This document shows, piece by piece, positions 31,613 to 41,640 of a stretch of DNA of 64,000 bases. The stretch comes from a virus: positions 42,649 through 106,648 of the IMG/VR virus record IMGVR_UViG_3300023174_000094. One strand, written 5' to 3'. Each line of letters begins with the position of its first letter. The stretch's first letter is position 1. The position numbers and the translations under genes were made by a program. The notes beneath the pieces were generated by a model that had not been told where the DNA came from, searched no databases, and saw only the letters and a program-made list of their open reading frames with translations.

Positions 31613-32676
31613 TGATAGTTTGGTCGGATAATCAGCATTCAAGAGTAAGTGTTGGTTATGGTTATGTACCAGATCGTTTATATCCTTGCCTTAAAAAATC
31701 TGGTCTGCCGATTGAAAGAAGAACTCCAGAAACACCAGAGGAGTTTACTGATTTATTTAATACAATTAGTTTAGGATACTTTTCTGAAATATACGGTAGT
31801 GATAAGATTTTAATCAATCATTCAATGCCAGAAGCATTTGTTAAATCATCTCTTTATTCAATCGGGTTTACATACTGGGAAACAAACAGACTGCCAGAGA
31901 GCTGGGTTCGGGATTGTAACAAAATGGATGAAGTATGGACTTGCTCTAAGTTTATGCAGGATGTTTTTGTTAAATCAGGAGTTAATGTTCCTGTTCATGG
32001 ATTTAAGCTAGGCATTGATCCAGATCTTTATTTCCCGTCAAGAAGATATGCTCATAATCAATTTACATTTCTGTCCATTGGCTCCCCATCTACCCGTAAG
32101 AACTCTCAGGTGAGCGTAGACGCTTTTTTAAAGCTGTTTAATGGGAATGATGAGTATCGTCTTATTTATAAATCAAATGGTGCTCCAGACGCTCGTAATT
32201 ATGCCAATGGTGTAATGCTGGGGGAGCTTGATCATCCCCAGATAGAGATAATTGATGAAGAGCTATCTCATAGCGATCTAGCAAAACTTTATGACGAGGC
32301 AGACTGTTTATTGTATCCAACAAGTGGAGAGGGATGGGGAATTATTCCATTTCAGGCGATTGCTAAAGGCATCCCTACTATCTGCACTAACGCAACAGCC
32401 TGTGAAGAGTATGCTTATATGTCTGTTCCGCTAGATTATGAATGGTCTCAGGATAAAATGTCTGGCATATATGAGAACGCTGGATTCTGGGCAAAGCCAA
32501 ATTTTGATGATTTATGTGATAAAATGTTATATGTAGTTAACAACTACGATAAGGTTTCAAAAAAGACTTTTTCTAGTGCTGAGTATATAAATAAAAATAT
32601 GACTTGGGAAGATGTCTCAAAGGATTACACAAATAGATTATGTCAGATATTGAAAGATACCAAGGCGAAACATTAA
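31612..32676 (+). CDS. Glycosyltransferase family 4 (GT-B)
   Basis: WET..LP, RKN and PTSGEGWG..P.QAIA.GIP motifs. Confidence 0.85.
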   Translation: MIVWSDNQHSRVSVGYGYVPDRLYPCLKKSGLPIERRTPETPEEFTDLFNTISLGYFSEIYGSDKILINHSMPEAFVKSSLYSIGFTYWETNRLPESWVRDCNKMDEVWTCSKFMQDVFVKSGVNVPVHGFKLGIDPDLYFPSRRYAHNQFTFLSIGSPSTRKNSQVSVDAFLKLFNGNDEYRLIYKSNGAPDARNYANGVMLGELDHPQIEIIDEELSHSDLAKLYDEADCLLYPTSGEGWGIIPFQAIAKGIPTICTNATACEEYAYMSVPLDYEWSQDKMSGIYENAGFWAKPNFDDLCDKMLYVVNNYDKVSKKTFSSAEYINKNMTWEDVSKDYTNRLCQILKDTKAKH

Positions 32677-33191
32677 TTGATGAAATAAAGAAGGTGGAAG
32701 AAGTCGGTCTTCTTTATGTAAAAGGCTACTCTTATTCTGAGATAGCTCAATTACTCTCGCAACCAATTGAAAAAACAAAAAATTACATAAAAGAATATAA
32801 GAAAATACTCAACCGACAGGCTGAGGATGACCCATATTTTCTTGAGAAATTGCAGTTCAATACAATCAAGGCTTTGCAGGAGTTTGATCAACTAAGTAAA
32901 GAAGCCTGGGAAACTGTAAATATTGCTACAGATCATGGCATGGTTCCTGCAAGAATTCAGGCTATTAAATTAGCTGGCGAGCTTGCTACTAAGAAAGCTC
33001 AATTGCATAAGCTTTTGAGTGGTACACAAGCGGATAATGTGTACATAGAAAGAATGCAGAAAGCAGAGAATGTTAATCAGATGCTTTCTAAGGTACTCAG
33101 GGATGTTATTGCTAAGCACCCAGAAATTGCTAATGAAGTTCGTAAAGAACTTGAAATAGCATTTGCAATTATGAATCCAGATGAGAGCTAA
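32640..33191 (+). CDS. HTH protein, candidate terminase small subunit
   Basis: GYSYSEIAQLL HTH plus helical body; immediately upstream of TerL. Confidence 0.5.
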   Translation: MSDIERYQGETLIDEIKKVEEVGLLYVKGYSYSEIAQLLSQPIEKTKNYIKEYKKILNRQAEDDPYFLEKLQFNTIKALQEFDQLSKEAWETVNIATDHGMVPARIQAIKLAGELATKKAQLHKLLSGTQADNVYIERMQKAENVNQMLSKVLRDVIAKHPEIANEVRKELEIAFAIMNPDES

Positions 33192-33309
33192 AAAATGTTT
33201 ATTTTTAACGCTACCATAAAGGTACAAAAACCTCTTTTTTTTACACCGTCACATAAAGGTACAGAAAGCCAGATGAAGAAACAGCTCACGCATACAGGTG
33301 GTGATTCAC

Positions 33310-35040
33310 ATGAGTGATTTCGTTGGAATGAATCTTGACTTAAAAGATTTTGATCGTCTTTTGCGTCAAGATGATCTTATAGAAACACCTGTTGATATTC
33401 AAACATTTGTACAAGATAAAGAATACCTGGGTTTACCTCCACTTTCGGATATTCAATTGGAAATTGTAAGACATTCTACACAGATTTTCAAAGAGCGTAC
33501 ATTAATTGCAATGTATGGTGAAGAAGAAGGAAAGAGATGGTATAAAGAATATACTGATAATGAAGTTATTTGTATGCTTGGTAAAGGTTCTGGTAAAGAC
33601 CATTGCGCAAGAATATCAATGGCTTATACAGTATATCTAATTCATTGCCTTAGAGATCCGTTAATTTATTACGGTAAGGCTCATGGTGTTTATATTGACT
33701 TGCTAAACCTAGCTGTTAATGCTCAGCAAGCACAAAGAGTATTTTTTGAACCATTTAAAAACTTATTATTGAGATCTCCTTACTTTAACCGAGTTGGATT
33801 TGAACCAAGAGTATCAGAAATATTTTTCTTTTCACGCCCTGTTAGATGTTTTTCTGGTCACTCTGAATCTGAAGGTTGGGAAGGTTATGAAGTAATGACA
33901 ATCATTTTGGATGAAATTGCAGCTTTTAAAACTGATGCGGAATTGCGTGGAGAAACAAGATCAAAAGGTTCTGCGTCTGCGATTTATAACATGTCTAAGC
34001 TTTCTATTATGTCTCGCTTTCCAGAAATAGGTAAAGTAATTCTTTTGTCATTCCCTCGTTATAAAGGTGACTTTATTCAACAAAGATTTATTAACTCTAG
34101 AGAAAAGAAAGAGCCAAAAACTTGGTCAATTAAAGCTGCAACATGGGAAGTAAACCCTACGATTAAGCGTGAACAATTGGAATCGGAATATATTAGAAAT
34201 CCAGTTGAAGCAAGAAGTCGTTTTGAATGTGAACCTCCAAACATGGAAGATGCTTACTTTAGAGATCCAGATTTAGTTAGAAAAGCATTTATGTATAACG
34301 AAGATCCAATGGATGAAGATGGTAATTTTAAAAATTGGTTTAATGGCACTGATGCTCAAGTTAGATTTATTCATATAGACTTGGCTTTGAAGCGAGATAG
34401 AGCTGCACTTAGCATGGTTCATTCTCCAGGATTTAAAGAGATTAAAACATTGGGCGGGATTGAAAAATTGCCTGTGGTTAATGTTGACTTAGTTTATTCA
34501 TGGGAAGCAAGTATTAACCAAGAAATTAATTTCTCTTCTATTAGGCAAATGATTGTTGATTTGTGTAGAAAATTTGATGTTGCTAAGGTTACATTTGACC
34601 GTTGGCAATCTATTGAAATGATTCAGAGCCTAAGAGCTCAAGGTATTAATGCTGATTTCCATTCCGTAAAGAAAACGGATTATGACACTTTAATGACTGC
34701 TATTTATGATACAAGATTGCGTGGATATTGGAATGAGTTGTTGGTTGAAGAAGAACTCTTGAAATTAAGATTATTTGGAAATAATAAAATTGACCACCCT
34801 AATAGTGGTTCAAAAGACTTAGCTGATGCTGTTACTGGTGCGACATTCGTTTGTATTGAGAATATGGTTATTGATGGCGAAGTGGAAATTGAAATATTAA
34901 CACCAGATAAATATTATGAAGAGAATGAGGATATTCCTGAATTTGGCACTGTAAGAGTGTATAATAGCGAGGTTGGGCAATTTAGTCCTGGATATAGTAA
35001 AGAAACGATAGAGGCAGAAAAATGGCTGGAAACATTATAG
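33310..35040 (+). CDS. terL: Terminase large subunit
   Basis: GKGSGKD Walker A, ILDE Walker B, nuclease motifs HIDLA, FDRWQS and IDHP..GSKDLADA. Confidence 0.92.
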   Translation: MSDFVGMNLDLKDFDRLLRQDDLIETPVDIQTFVQDKEYLGLPPLSDIQLEIVRHSTQIFKERTLIAMYGEEEGKRWYKEYTDNEVICMLGKGSGKDHCARISMAYTVYLIHCLRDPLIYYGKAHGVYIDLLNLAVNAQQAQRVFFEPFKNLLLRSPYFNRVGFEPRVSEIFFFSRPVRCFSGHSESEGWEGYEVMTIILDEIAAFKTDAELRGETRSKGSASAIYNMSKLSIMSRFPEIGKVILLSFPRYKGDFIQQRFINSREKKEPKTWSIKAATWEVNPTIKREQLESEYIRNPVEARSRFECEPPNMEDAYFRDPDLVRKAFMYNEDPMDEDGNFKNWFNGTDAQVRFIHIDLALKRDRAALSMVHSPGFKEIKTLGGIEKLPVVNVDLVYSWEASINQEINFSSIRQMIVDLCRKFDVAKVTFDRWQSIEMIQSLRAQGINADFHSVKKTDYDTLMTAIYDTRLRGYWNELLVEEELLKLRLFGNNKIDHPNSGSKDLADAVTGATFVCIENMVIDGEVEIEILTPDKYYEENEDIPEFGTVRVYNSEVGQFSPGYSKETIEAEKWLETL

Positions 35041-35201
35041 ATAATATTCAAATTACCCATGAGGAAGTTACTCAGCATTTGTTAAGACAAATGTCTATTA
35101 TTCAGTTTGACCTGGCTGTTGCTAGGGCTGAGAATGATAAGCTGAAGCAAGTGCTTAATGATAGCGTAATAAATAATATCTCCAAATATACTGAGGATTA
35201 A
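35022..35201 (+). CDS. Small coiled-coil hypothetical protein (59 aa)
   Basis: Read manually as MAGNIIDNIQ...; GAGG RBS; below the ORF-track length cut-off. Confidence 0.5.
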   Translation: MAGNIIDNIQITHEEVTQHLLRQMSIIQFDLAVARAENDKLKQVLNDSVINNISKYTED

Positions 35202-35336
35202 AAAAATTATTGAAAAGAAATAACTTTTTTCGCCTAGAGCGAGTTTTTTGTTTCTATGTCTGATAGATTCTCTTTTGTAATAAACAGTGGTTAATTGACC
35301 ACTGACCATAAACCTTAAAACACATAGGAGAGTAAT

Positions 35337-35702
35337 ATGTTCCAAGTAAATAAAGTAGATAGCCTTCCTGAAATTTCTAGAGCAGGTCGTAAATCTGAAG
35401 AATTGAATGCAATTATTGATGCGCTTAAAATGTCAGCTAATACTAATGCAGTGTTTAATATTGTAGGTATTAAAGCTGGTAATGCTTATAATTCAATGCA
35501 ACAAAGAGTTCGTGCCCAGGCTAAGAAGTTGGGTTACAAGATTGTAATTCGTTTTGATTCAGTTAATGAAACTCTTTATTTTAAGGCTTCACAGAGCGGT
35601 TCAGATAAAGGTACAGCAACCACTGAATCCACAAGCAAGACAAATGTTACAGCAAAAGAAGTAGCTGGGATTAAGACAACAAGTAAGATTAAGACAAAAT
35701 AA
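35337..35702 (+). CDS. Basic RGRKS-family protein (putative DNA binding)
   Basis: SRAGRKS motif and KKLGYKIVIRF, similar to 57072; own leader hairpin, AGGAG RBS and terminator. Confidence 0.7.
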   Translation: MFQVNKVDSLPEISRAGRKSEELNAIIDALKMSANTNAVFNIVGIKAGNAYNSMQQRVRAQAKKLGYKIVIRFDSVNETLYFKASQSGSDKGTATTESTSKTNVTAKEVAGIKTTSKIKTK

Positions 35703-35724
35703 TTTTACCAAAAATTAATTCCAT

Positions 35725-35760
35725 AAAGCCCCTCGCAAACCATGCGAGGGGCTTTTATTT
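35725..35760 (+). terminator. Intrinsic terminator
   Basis: AAAGCCCCTCGCA-AACCA-TGCGAGGGGCTTT-TATTT. Confidence 0.8.
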
Positions 35761-35777
35761 ATGTTAATATAATAGTT

Positions 35778-36638
35778 ATGCTTACAACTGAACCACAACA
35801 AATTGAAATATCGGGTGAAGATATAGAATCATGGGTGCCTATGTTTGGTATTCCATGTTATGACAGACAATTGACTGAACCTTTCTTTATGTCATTTGTT
35901 CAGATGGCAATGTATTTTAAAGAAATTGGATTGAAGTTCGCAGCGAGTACGATTACTGATTCTCTTATTAATAGAGCTAGAAATAACCTGGTAGCCAAGT
36001 TTATGGCTAACCCAAACTTTACTCATTTGATATTCCTTGATGTTGATCTTGGGTTTCAAAAAGAAGATATTTTAAAACTACTTTGGCATGATAAAGATGT
36101 TGTTACTGGTTCATATCCGATTAAGGATATCAACTGGGATAAAGTTGTTGCCAATGTAAATAATAATGTTGAGGCAAAAGATTTGGCAAAGAAATCAACA
36201 AGATTTGTAGTAAATCCTGTTCGTGTTGGTGCTAATACAATTGCTACAGATAATGGTGCTATTTCAGTTCATGATGCGGGTACTGGTTTTATGTGCATTA
36301 AAAGATCGGTATTTGAAAAGATGATTGAAGCATATCCTGATCTAAAATTTATTGATGACACAGGTAGCATGAAGGGTGATGAGAGAGATTATACTTATGC
36401 TTTCTTTAATTCTTTTGTAGATGAAGATAAAAGGTTTGTGTCTGAGGATTATGGATTCTGTAGATATTGGCAGAAGCTTGATGGTAAAATTTGGGTTGAT
36501 CCATCTATTGAAATTACCCATTTAGGTAGATATTTGTATGAAGGTAATATGATTGAGCACCTTGTGAGTATATCCAAGGATAACGCAAAAGATACAACTG
36601 AAAAGTTGAAACCGACTGGAAAAAGGAAAAAGAAGTAA
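35778..36638 (+). CDS. GT-A fold glycosyltransferase
   Basis: SLINRARN, FLDVD, GTGFMCIKR.VFE and SEDYGFC motifs; TATAAT just upstream (leaderless). Confidence 0.8.
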   Translation: MLTTEPQQIEISGEDIESWVPMFGIPCYDRQLTEPFFMSFVQMAMYFKEIGLKFAASTITDSLINRARNNLVAKFMANPNFTHLIFLDVDLGFQKEDILKLLWHDKDVVTGSYPIKDINWDKVVANVNNNVEAKDLAKKSTRFVVNPVRVGANTIATDNGAISVHDAGTGFMCIKRSVFEKMIEAYPDLKFIDDTGSMKGDERDYTYAFFNSFVDEDKRFVSEDYGFCRYWQKLDGKIWVDPSIEITHLGRYLYEGNMIEHLVSISKDNAKDTTEKLKPTGKRKKK

Positions 36639-36699
36639 AGCCAATAGTAGGCTAAATAAAATATACTAAAATTCCATAAAATATTGGCTAAAATAAATG

Positions 36700-36960
36700 T
36701 GGTGTAACATTAGCTTATAATTTAGATAAAGAATTATATTGGGCTTCCCTAAAGTTACATGGCTGTAATATTACACGCCCTGAACCAATTTTTGATCCAT
36801 TCTTTGACCCATTATTTTTTTTAAAAAATACCGAAGAAATGTAATTCCGAAGGTTTTTTTCGCAACAATTCCCCGATACAATTATTGCTCAATGGGTGAC
36901 ACATATCAGAAACTAATTGCTAATACATTAGCCAAAGTATTATCTTTGGCTAATCTTTGG
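36700..36960. promoter_or_regulatory. Regulatory region with TGTAA/TTACA boxes and an 11-bp hairpin
   Basis: TCCCTAAAGTTACAT at 36746, TGTAATATTACA at 36764, ATTAGCCAAAG/CTTTGGCTAAT near 36927-36954. Confidence 0.55.
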
Positions 36961-37003
36961 CGTATGTGTGCGCATTTTATTCAGATAAATAATTGTATTC
37001 GGA

Positions 37004-37432
37004 ATGGGGTTAGCATTTATGTCTAGTAATGTATTTGGTTCATTAGTTGGGTATAGTGTAAAAGATAAAAATCAGATATATGGTAAGGTTACTGAAGTTG
37101 TTGAGTATGACGAAAATAATCAACATTTTATTCTTGCTGTATTAGATACAGGTAAAGCAATGCATATTTCTACTGTTGCTAAATTGTTTGCACTTCAGGA
37201 TATGTATTTACTCAAGCGTGATGGTGATTATATTGTTTATGCCTACACTAAAGATGCTCATGTGTCTAAGGCTAAATTTGGTCCTCAGCGTAAGCGTATT
37301 GTTTCACCTTGTGTTACGGGTAATATAAACAATACGGCAACTATTGGTGATGAGACAATAAATATCACTTCACATATTAGTTCAGGTAATCCAGTCTATT
37401 ATAATAAGCAAACAATGGGAGAAAACAAGTGA
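37004..37432 (+). CDS. Hypothetical protein
   Basis: First ORF of the dense early-type block. Confidence 0.6.
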   Translation: MGLAFMSSNVFGSLVGYSVKDKNQIYGKVTEVVEYDENNQHFILAVLDTGKAMHISTVAKLFALQDMYLLKRDGDYIVYAYTKDAHVSKAKFGPQRKRIVSPCVTGNINNTATIGDETINITSHISSGNPVYYNKQTMGENK

Positions 37433-37644
37433 ATATGGAATCACTTTACTATTACATTAGCAATCGGCTAAATCGTTTGTATATGCAAAAGAATAGAGGT
37501 TTGATTACTCATTTAGAATTCTATGCAGAACAGCAAATGATTTTACTTGCATTTAGTAATGGGATCAAAGATAACCTTACTGAAAAGATTAAGCAAGATA
37601 TTCAAGAAAAGCATCTGTTAAAAATAGAAAGCGAGTTACAATAA
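37429..37644 (+). CDS. Hypothetical protein
   Basis: Coupled, GGAG RBS. Confidence 0.55.
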   Translation: MNMESLYYYISNRLNRLYMQKNRGLITHLEFYAEQQMILLAFSNGIKDNLTEKIKQDIQEKHLLKIESELQ

Positions 37645-37961
37645 TGCAATTTGAAATTATTGACGAATCAGATATTCTTACTGTTCGTAGTGAGAAAAAA
37701 GTAAAAGCTAATTTTGACGGTGGTACTTGGTCAAAAGAAAAGACTTATAGAACTTATTGGACAAATGAAGATCAAGAGTTTCTCCAGTCTTTGATTAGAA
37801 TAAAAGTTATTCGTATGAATAACAAAAACAAAACTGCTATTCTTGACGAAATTGTTGAGTTTAGATTATTGAAAAAAATATACGCTGAAGCCTTAGTGAA
37901 AGAATTTATCTTTCACGAGGCTAATTTTATTATATACGCTGATCAAAAGATTGGAGAATGA
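37644..37961 (+). CDS. Hypothetical protein with an N-terminus like the RGRKS family
   Basis: MQFEIIDESD vs KFEIIEEND and KYQIIDESA. Confidence 0.6.
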   Translation: MQFEIIDESDILTVRSEKKVKANFDGGTWSKEKTYRTYWTNEDQEFLQSLIRIKVIRMNNKNKTAILDEIVEFRLLKKIYAEALVKEFIFHEANFIIYADQKIGE

Positions 37962-38150
37962 GTGGAGTATAAAAATCAACTATTGAATGAGCTTGAGAAA
38001 TTATCAAGCCTTTTAGATATTCCTTTTGCTCGTAGAAAGGATTATCGTTGGATTATGCGTAATGTTGCGATAAACAATACGGATGATAAAAAAATAAAAA
38101 AAGTAATTAGCATTTGTCAACTACTAATGAAAGATGAAACTAATGGCTAA
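37962..38150 (+). CDS. Hypothetical protein
   Basis: GGAG RBS; LDIP..RRKDYRWI.RN. Confidence 0.55.
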   Translation: MEYKNQLLNELEKLSSLLDIPFARRKDYRWIMRNVAINNTDDKKIKKVISICQLLMKDETNG

Positions 38151-38376
38151 CTGTATATATTGCTTGTCGGAATATATTAACGAACGATATGAAGCAGGTT
38201 ATGAATACTGTTTAGATGAGAAATGCCAAAAGATTGGTCTTGATGTTTCAGAACGGGAATTTAGAAAGATTTATACTCCTGCTCTACTTCACAAATGTAA
38301 TTACTTTTGGGTTAAGAAAACAGAACTAAAATCATTGAATGTTAGAGCAGACTTACTAGAACAGAAAGAGGATTAA
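38143..38376 (+). CDS. DksA-like zinc-finger hypothetical protein
   Basis: CxxC...ER.EAGY.YC...C...HK.NY. Confidence 0.55.
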   Translation: MANCIYCLSEYINERYEAGYEYCLDEKCQKIGLDVSEREFRKIYTPALLHKCNYFWVKKTELKSLNVRADLLEQKED

Positions 38377-38378
38377 AA

Positions 38379-38570
38379 ATGAATTGGTTTGAAGAAAACG
38401 ATAGCAAAAATAATCACCCTGCAATGAAGAAATCAAATAAGCTTACTCGTGAAAATCATGAAAAAGTTTCAATTTACGACTGGGCTTTGGATTTAGATAT
38501 GAATCCAGATTGGCAAGTATGGCAGAATGAAATAAATGAATACTTTGGAAATCAGGGATGGAATAGGTAA
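38379..38570 (+). CDS. Hypothetical protein
   Basis: GAGG RBS, coupled. Confidence 0.55.
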   Translation: MNWFEENDSKNNHPAMKKSNKLTRENHEKVSIYDWALDLDMNPDWQVWQNEINEYFGNQGWNR

Positions 38571-38947
38571 TGGATACAATAATCTTAACAAAAAATGATT
38601 GGGTTGAGTGTGACGGTTGTGGTGAAAAAATCGCTCCCGTATTCTGGAATAGAACATTTAATAAAGAAACAAAAACATATTCAAATGATGAAACTATGGA
38701 ATTTACTTTTGAAGGTAGAGAGCCTGAACTTATTGTAGAGCAAATAAGTCAAGGTTTAACTTTTGAATTATGTGGTGGTTATGGTGAGTTTTTTGATTGC
38801 ATGTCAGAAGATGATGTAATTAAAATAAATGCTTGTCATGACTGTGCAGCAAAAATGTTTTCTTTGTTTTATAGAAAAACAAACAATTTGACTGGACTTC
38901 ACCCTTCAGATAAGGATGATGATATGTGTTGTGGATGGGGTTGGTAA
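38570..38947 (+). CDS. Cys-containing hypothetical protein
   Basis: CDGC, GGYGEFFD and CHDC. Confidence 0.6.
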   Translation: MDTIILTKNDWVECDGCGEKIAPVFWNRTFNKETKTYSNDETMEFTFEGREPELIVEQISQGLTFELCGGYGEFFDCMSEDDVIKINACHDCAAKMFSLFYRKTNNLTGLHPSDKDDDMCCGWGW

Positions 38948-39288
38948 TGGATTTTCAATGTCAAGAATGTTTTGAATTCTTTGAAGATGGGGTTATGCCT
39001 TGTCCTATTTGTGGAAGTGATGTTGTAGTTCCAGTTGATTTTATTACTTCTCAAACCGATTGGGAAGACGGTTATTAAATGGATCACATCTTACTTTTAG
39101 CAATGCTTTTATTAATATTCACAATTTTAATTAAGGATAAGTTATGAAAGAGAAAAAAGTAAAGAAACTGCAATGGGTAAAAGTAAAGTCCGAACCGCAA
39201 TATTATTGGACTAAAGAAAACGGTTGGAATAATAAAAAAGATATGCCAGAAGAATATTGGAAAATCATAGAAATTGGAGAGGAATAAA

Positions 39289-39624
39289 ATGTTAGATTAT
39301 CTTAATTTAGGATGTACACCTTCAGATGAAGATTGTGCTCAAGTTGGTAGTCCTGATTATGAAAATCGGGCTAATAAAGAATTGGATGCATATAAAGCTC
39401 AGCTTGAGCGTATGTTTCCAGGTTTAGAAACTCATAAGCATATGCAATTCAAAAAAGTATGGTTTCCACATGACTTTGGTTCATATGGAGAAATTGTAAT
39501 TACTTATGATGCTGATAACGAATTGGAATCTGCAACAGCAATTGAAATTGAATGGAATACCCCAACTAATTGGGATCAAGAAGCAATTAAAGAATTAAAC
39601 TTAACAAACAATGGAGGAAAGTAA
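39289..39624 (+). CDS. Hypothetical phage protein
   Basis: TP.DE.CAQVG...FPHDFGSY.E motif; GAGGA RBS. Confidence 0.65.
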   Translation: MLDYLNLGCTPSDEDCAQVGSPDYENRANKELDAYKAQLERMFPGLETHKHMQFKKVWFPHDFGSYGEIVITYDADNELESATAIEIEWNTPTNWDQEAIKELNLTNNGGK

Positions 39625-39625
39625 A

Positions 39626-40093
39626 ATGAAAACTATAGACGATAACACACTAGAAATTATTACTGAAAATATTCAAAATTCGCTTGATCCTAACTTTGAT
39701 ATGGGTCAAGCAATTGCATATGGTGTTTTAGTAAATAATGATTTGACTGTGCAAATGGAACAGATTGCGTCAAATGGAGATGTTTACGATATGCTTTACG
39801 ATAACCCAGTGCTTTCATCTCAAGTTAAGAATTATGATTTTCTTACATTTGCAACTTGTGGTTGGGCTGCACCTATTAGTGAAGATAATGATGAGTATAG
39901 CGATTTAGCTCCGTCTAAGCATCCAAAGAAGCGTAGAGTTCGCCTTTTGGTTTCAGCTAATACTGCACTTCAATTTGGTAGTTCTATTACATTTAATGAT
40001 GATTTAGAAAATCCAATTTTTGATTATGGTGGTGCTAGAGGTTCACTTGCAGAAGCAATTGAAGATTTGATCAAACAAGGGATTGAGGATTAA
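39626..40093 (+). CDS. Hypothetical protein
   Basis: GWAAP...PSKHPKKRRVRL; GGAGG RBS. Confidence 0.65.
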   Translation: MKTIDDNTLEIITENIQNSLDPNFDMGQAIAYGVLVNNDLTVQMEQIASNGDVYDMLYDNPVLSSQVKNYDFLTFATCGWAAPISEDNDEYSDLAPSKHPKKRRVRLLVSANTALQFGSSITFNDDLENPIFDYGGARGSLAEAIEDLIKQGIED

Positions 40094-40785
40094 TGGGAGA
40101 TTATGTTTTAAATATTGAAAAGTATGCAAAAATGGCAACTGAAAAACCTCAAGACTTTGGTTATTGGGGCAGTTCAGATATGTTTGATACTTGGGGTTTC
40201 ACTAATATTGATCAAAATAGAGACTCTGATGTATTAGAAAAAGCAAACTTTAAATATATTACTGAAGATTTGATGGGGTCATTCCCTGAAGATTATAGAA
40301 TTGAAACTTATAATCATTGGGCTGTAGGTTCAGTTGATAGATTAGTTTGTCGTATCTATGAAGAAGATAGAAAGACTGTTGCATTGCCATTTCTTTTGGC
40401 AATGGAATGGTTAGACAAACTGGATGACTATCCAGTTGCTGATGAAGATACATATCAAGATATGGTTGATAGTGACAATGTAGATAGCCTAGATTTTTGG
40501 AATTATCTAAATCCTGGGTTTATTGATACAAATAAATCTGAATATTGGGCTTCGGATATTCTTTATGAACTAGAAGTAAATATGAATATTGAAGTTCGTT
40601 TTGATCACGGTACTCCAAAAGATGAAGATGTCATTCGGGCTATTTATAATCTTAAATATTGGAATCCAGAAAAGTTTATGGAATGGTATCGGTTCTGTGA
40701 TGATAATGAATTAGAACGACCTCCATTTACTGCTAATGAAATATCTAAATATGATAGTACTCAACCAGCATTGGAGTTTGAATGA
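40093..40785 (+). CDS. Hypothetical acidic protein
   Basis: RDSD.LE.ANF, HWAVG and LDDYPVADE. Confidence 0.65.
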   Translation: MGDYVLNIEKYAKMATEKPQDFGYWGSSDMFDTWGFTNIDQNRDSDVLEKANFKYITEDLMGSFPEDYRIETYNHWAVGSVDRLVCRIYEEDRKTVALPFLLAMEWLDKLDDYPVADEDTYQDMVDSDNVDSLDFWNYLNPGFIDTNKSEYWASDILYELEVNMNIEVRFDHGTPKDEDVIRAIYNLKYWNPEKFMEWYRFCDDNELERPPFTANEISKYDSTQPALEFE

Positions 40786-41033
40786 TAGTAACAGTAACAA
40801 ATCTTAATTCATCAATGCTTGAAAAATTAACTTATGAACGGGATAACGATTCAATGTATGGTGAATTATCAGCTATGTTTAAAACTGGCACTACATATTA
40901 CTATGAACAAATATATGTAGATGACTTTAATAAATTAATAAATACTCCAGGTTCAACTCCTGGAAAGCAGTTCAAAGCAATTATTGAACAAAAATATACA
41001 CATTATGACAGAGCACACAAAGGAGAATACTAA
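40782..41033 (+). CDS. KTSC-domain protein
   Basis: SS.L....Y...L...FK.G..Y.Y....F..L....S.GK.F. Confidence 0.65.
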   Translation: MIVTVTNLNSSMLEKLTYERDNDSMYGELSAMFKTGTTYYYEQIYVDDFNKLINTPGSTPGKQFKAIIEQKYTHYDRAHKGEY

Positions 41034-41638
41034 TGCCAAACCATTGCAATAATACATTGGGTATTACTGGACCAAAAAAAGATATTGAAGAGTTCATTGA
41101 ACTAGTAACGAATAAAGGTCCAGATAAAGATAAAAATAAATATGAATTATTCAATAACTTACTACCAATGCCAAAAGAATTGGAAGGAACTGCATCACCA
41201 TCAAAAGAAGGGAATGTAGATTTAATTGATAAATATGGACATGATAATTGGTATGACTGGTGCAATGCTAATTGGGGAACTAAATGGGGCGATTATAGTA
41301 TTTCATCAGATGGCATTACTCATCTAAAATTATACGAGTATTCAGTTCTTGAAAATGGTGAAACTGATTATGAGAATCCAGTTGAAAAATTGAATGGTGA
41401 ATCAAGCATTCATTTTACTTATGATACTGCTTGGGCTCCAGGTTGCAATGAGTTAGCAAATGCAATTGTAAATAGATTCCCTAATCTAAAAGGATTTATT
41501 GCATATGAAGAACCAGGAATGGGATTTGCTGGACAATTAATATTTAAAAATGGAGAAATTGTTAGCGATGAACAATGGGAATACCATTATACACCAGATG
41601 ATGTATCAGATATTGACTTTGATTTTTATGGAGAATAG
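41033..41638 (+). CDS. DUF1281/YubB ferredoxin-like fold protein
   Basis: MPNHCNN, WYDWC.ANWGTKW, DTAWAP and YEEPGM.FAG. Confidence 0.8.
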   Translation: MPNHCNNTLGITGPKKDIEEFIELVTNKGPDKDKNKYELFNNLLPMPKELEGTASPSKEGNVDLIDKYGHDNWYDWCNANWGTKWGDYSISSDGITHLKLYEYSVLENGETDYENPVEKLNGESSIHFTYDTAWAPGCNELANAIVNRFPNLKGFIAYEEPGMGFAGQLIFKNGEIVSDEQWEYHYTPDDVSDIDFDFYGE

Positions 41639-41640
41639 AG

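Noticed and set aside
20933-35040. Inteins or introns in DnaE, RecA or TerL
   Set aside because: Lengths are ordinary, with no C/S...HN-C/S/T insertions or frame breaks visible.
35082-35345. Minus-strand 87-aa ORF
   Set aside because: The + strand 35022-35201 ORF has an RBS and fits the operon direction.
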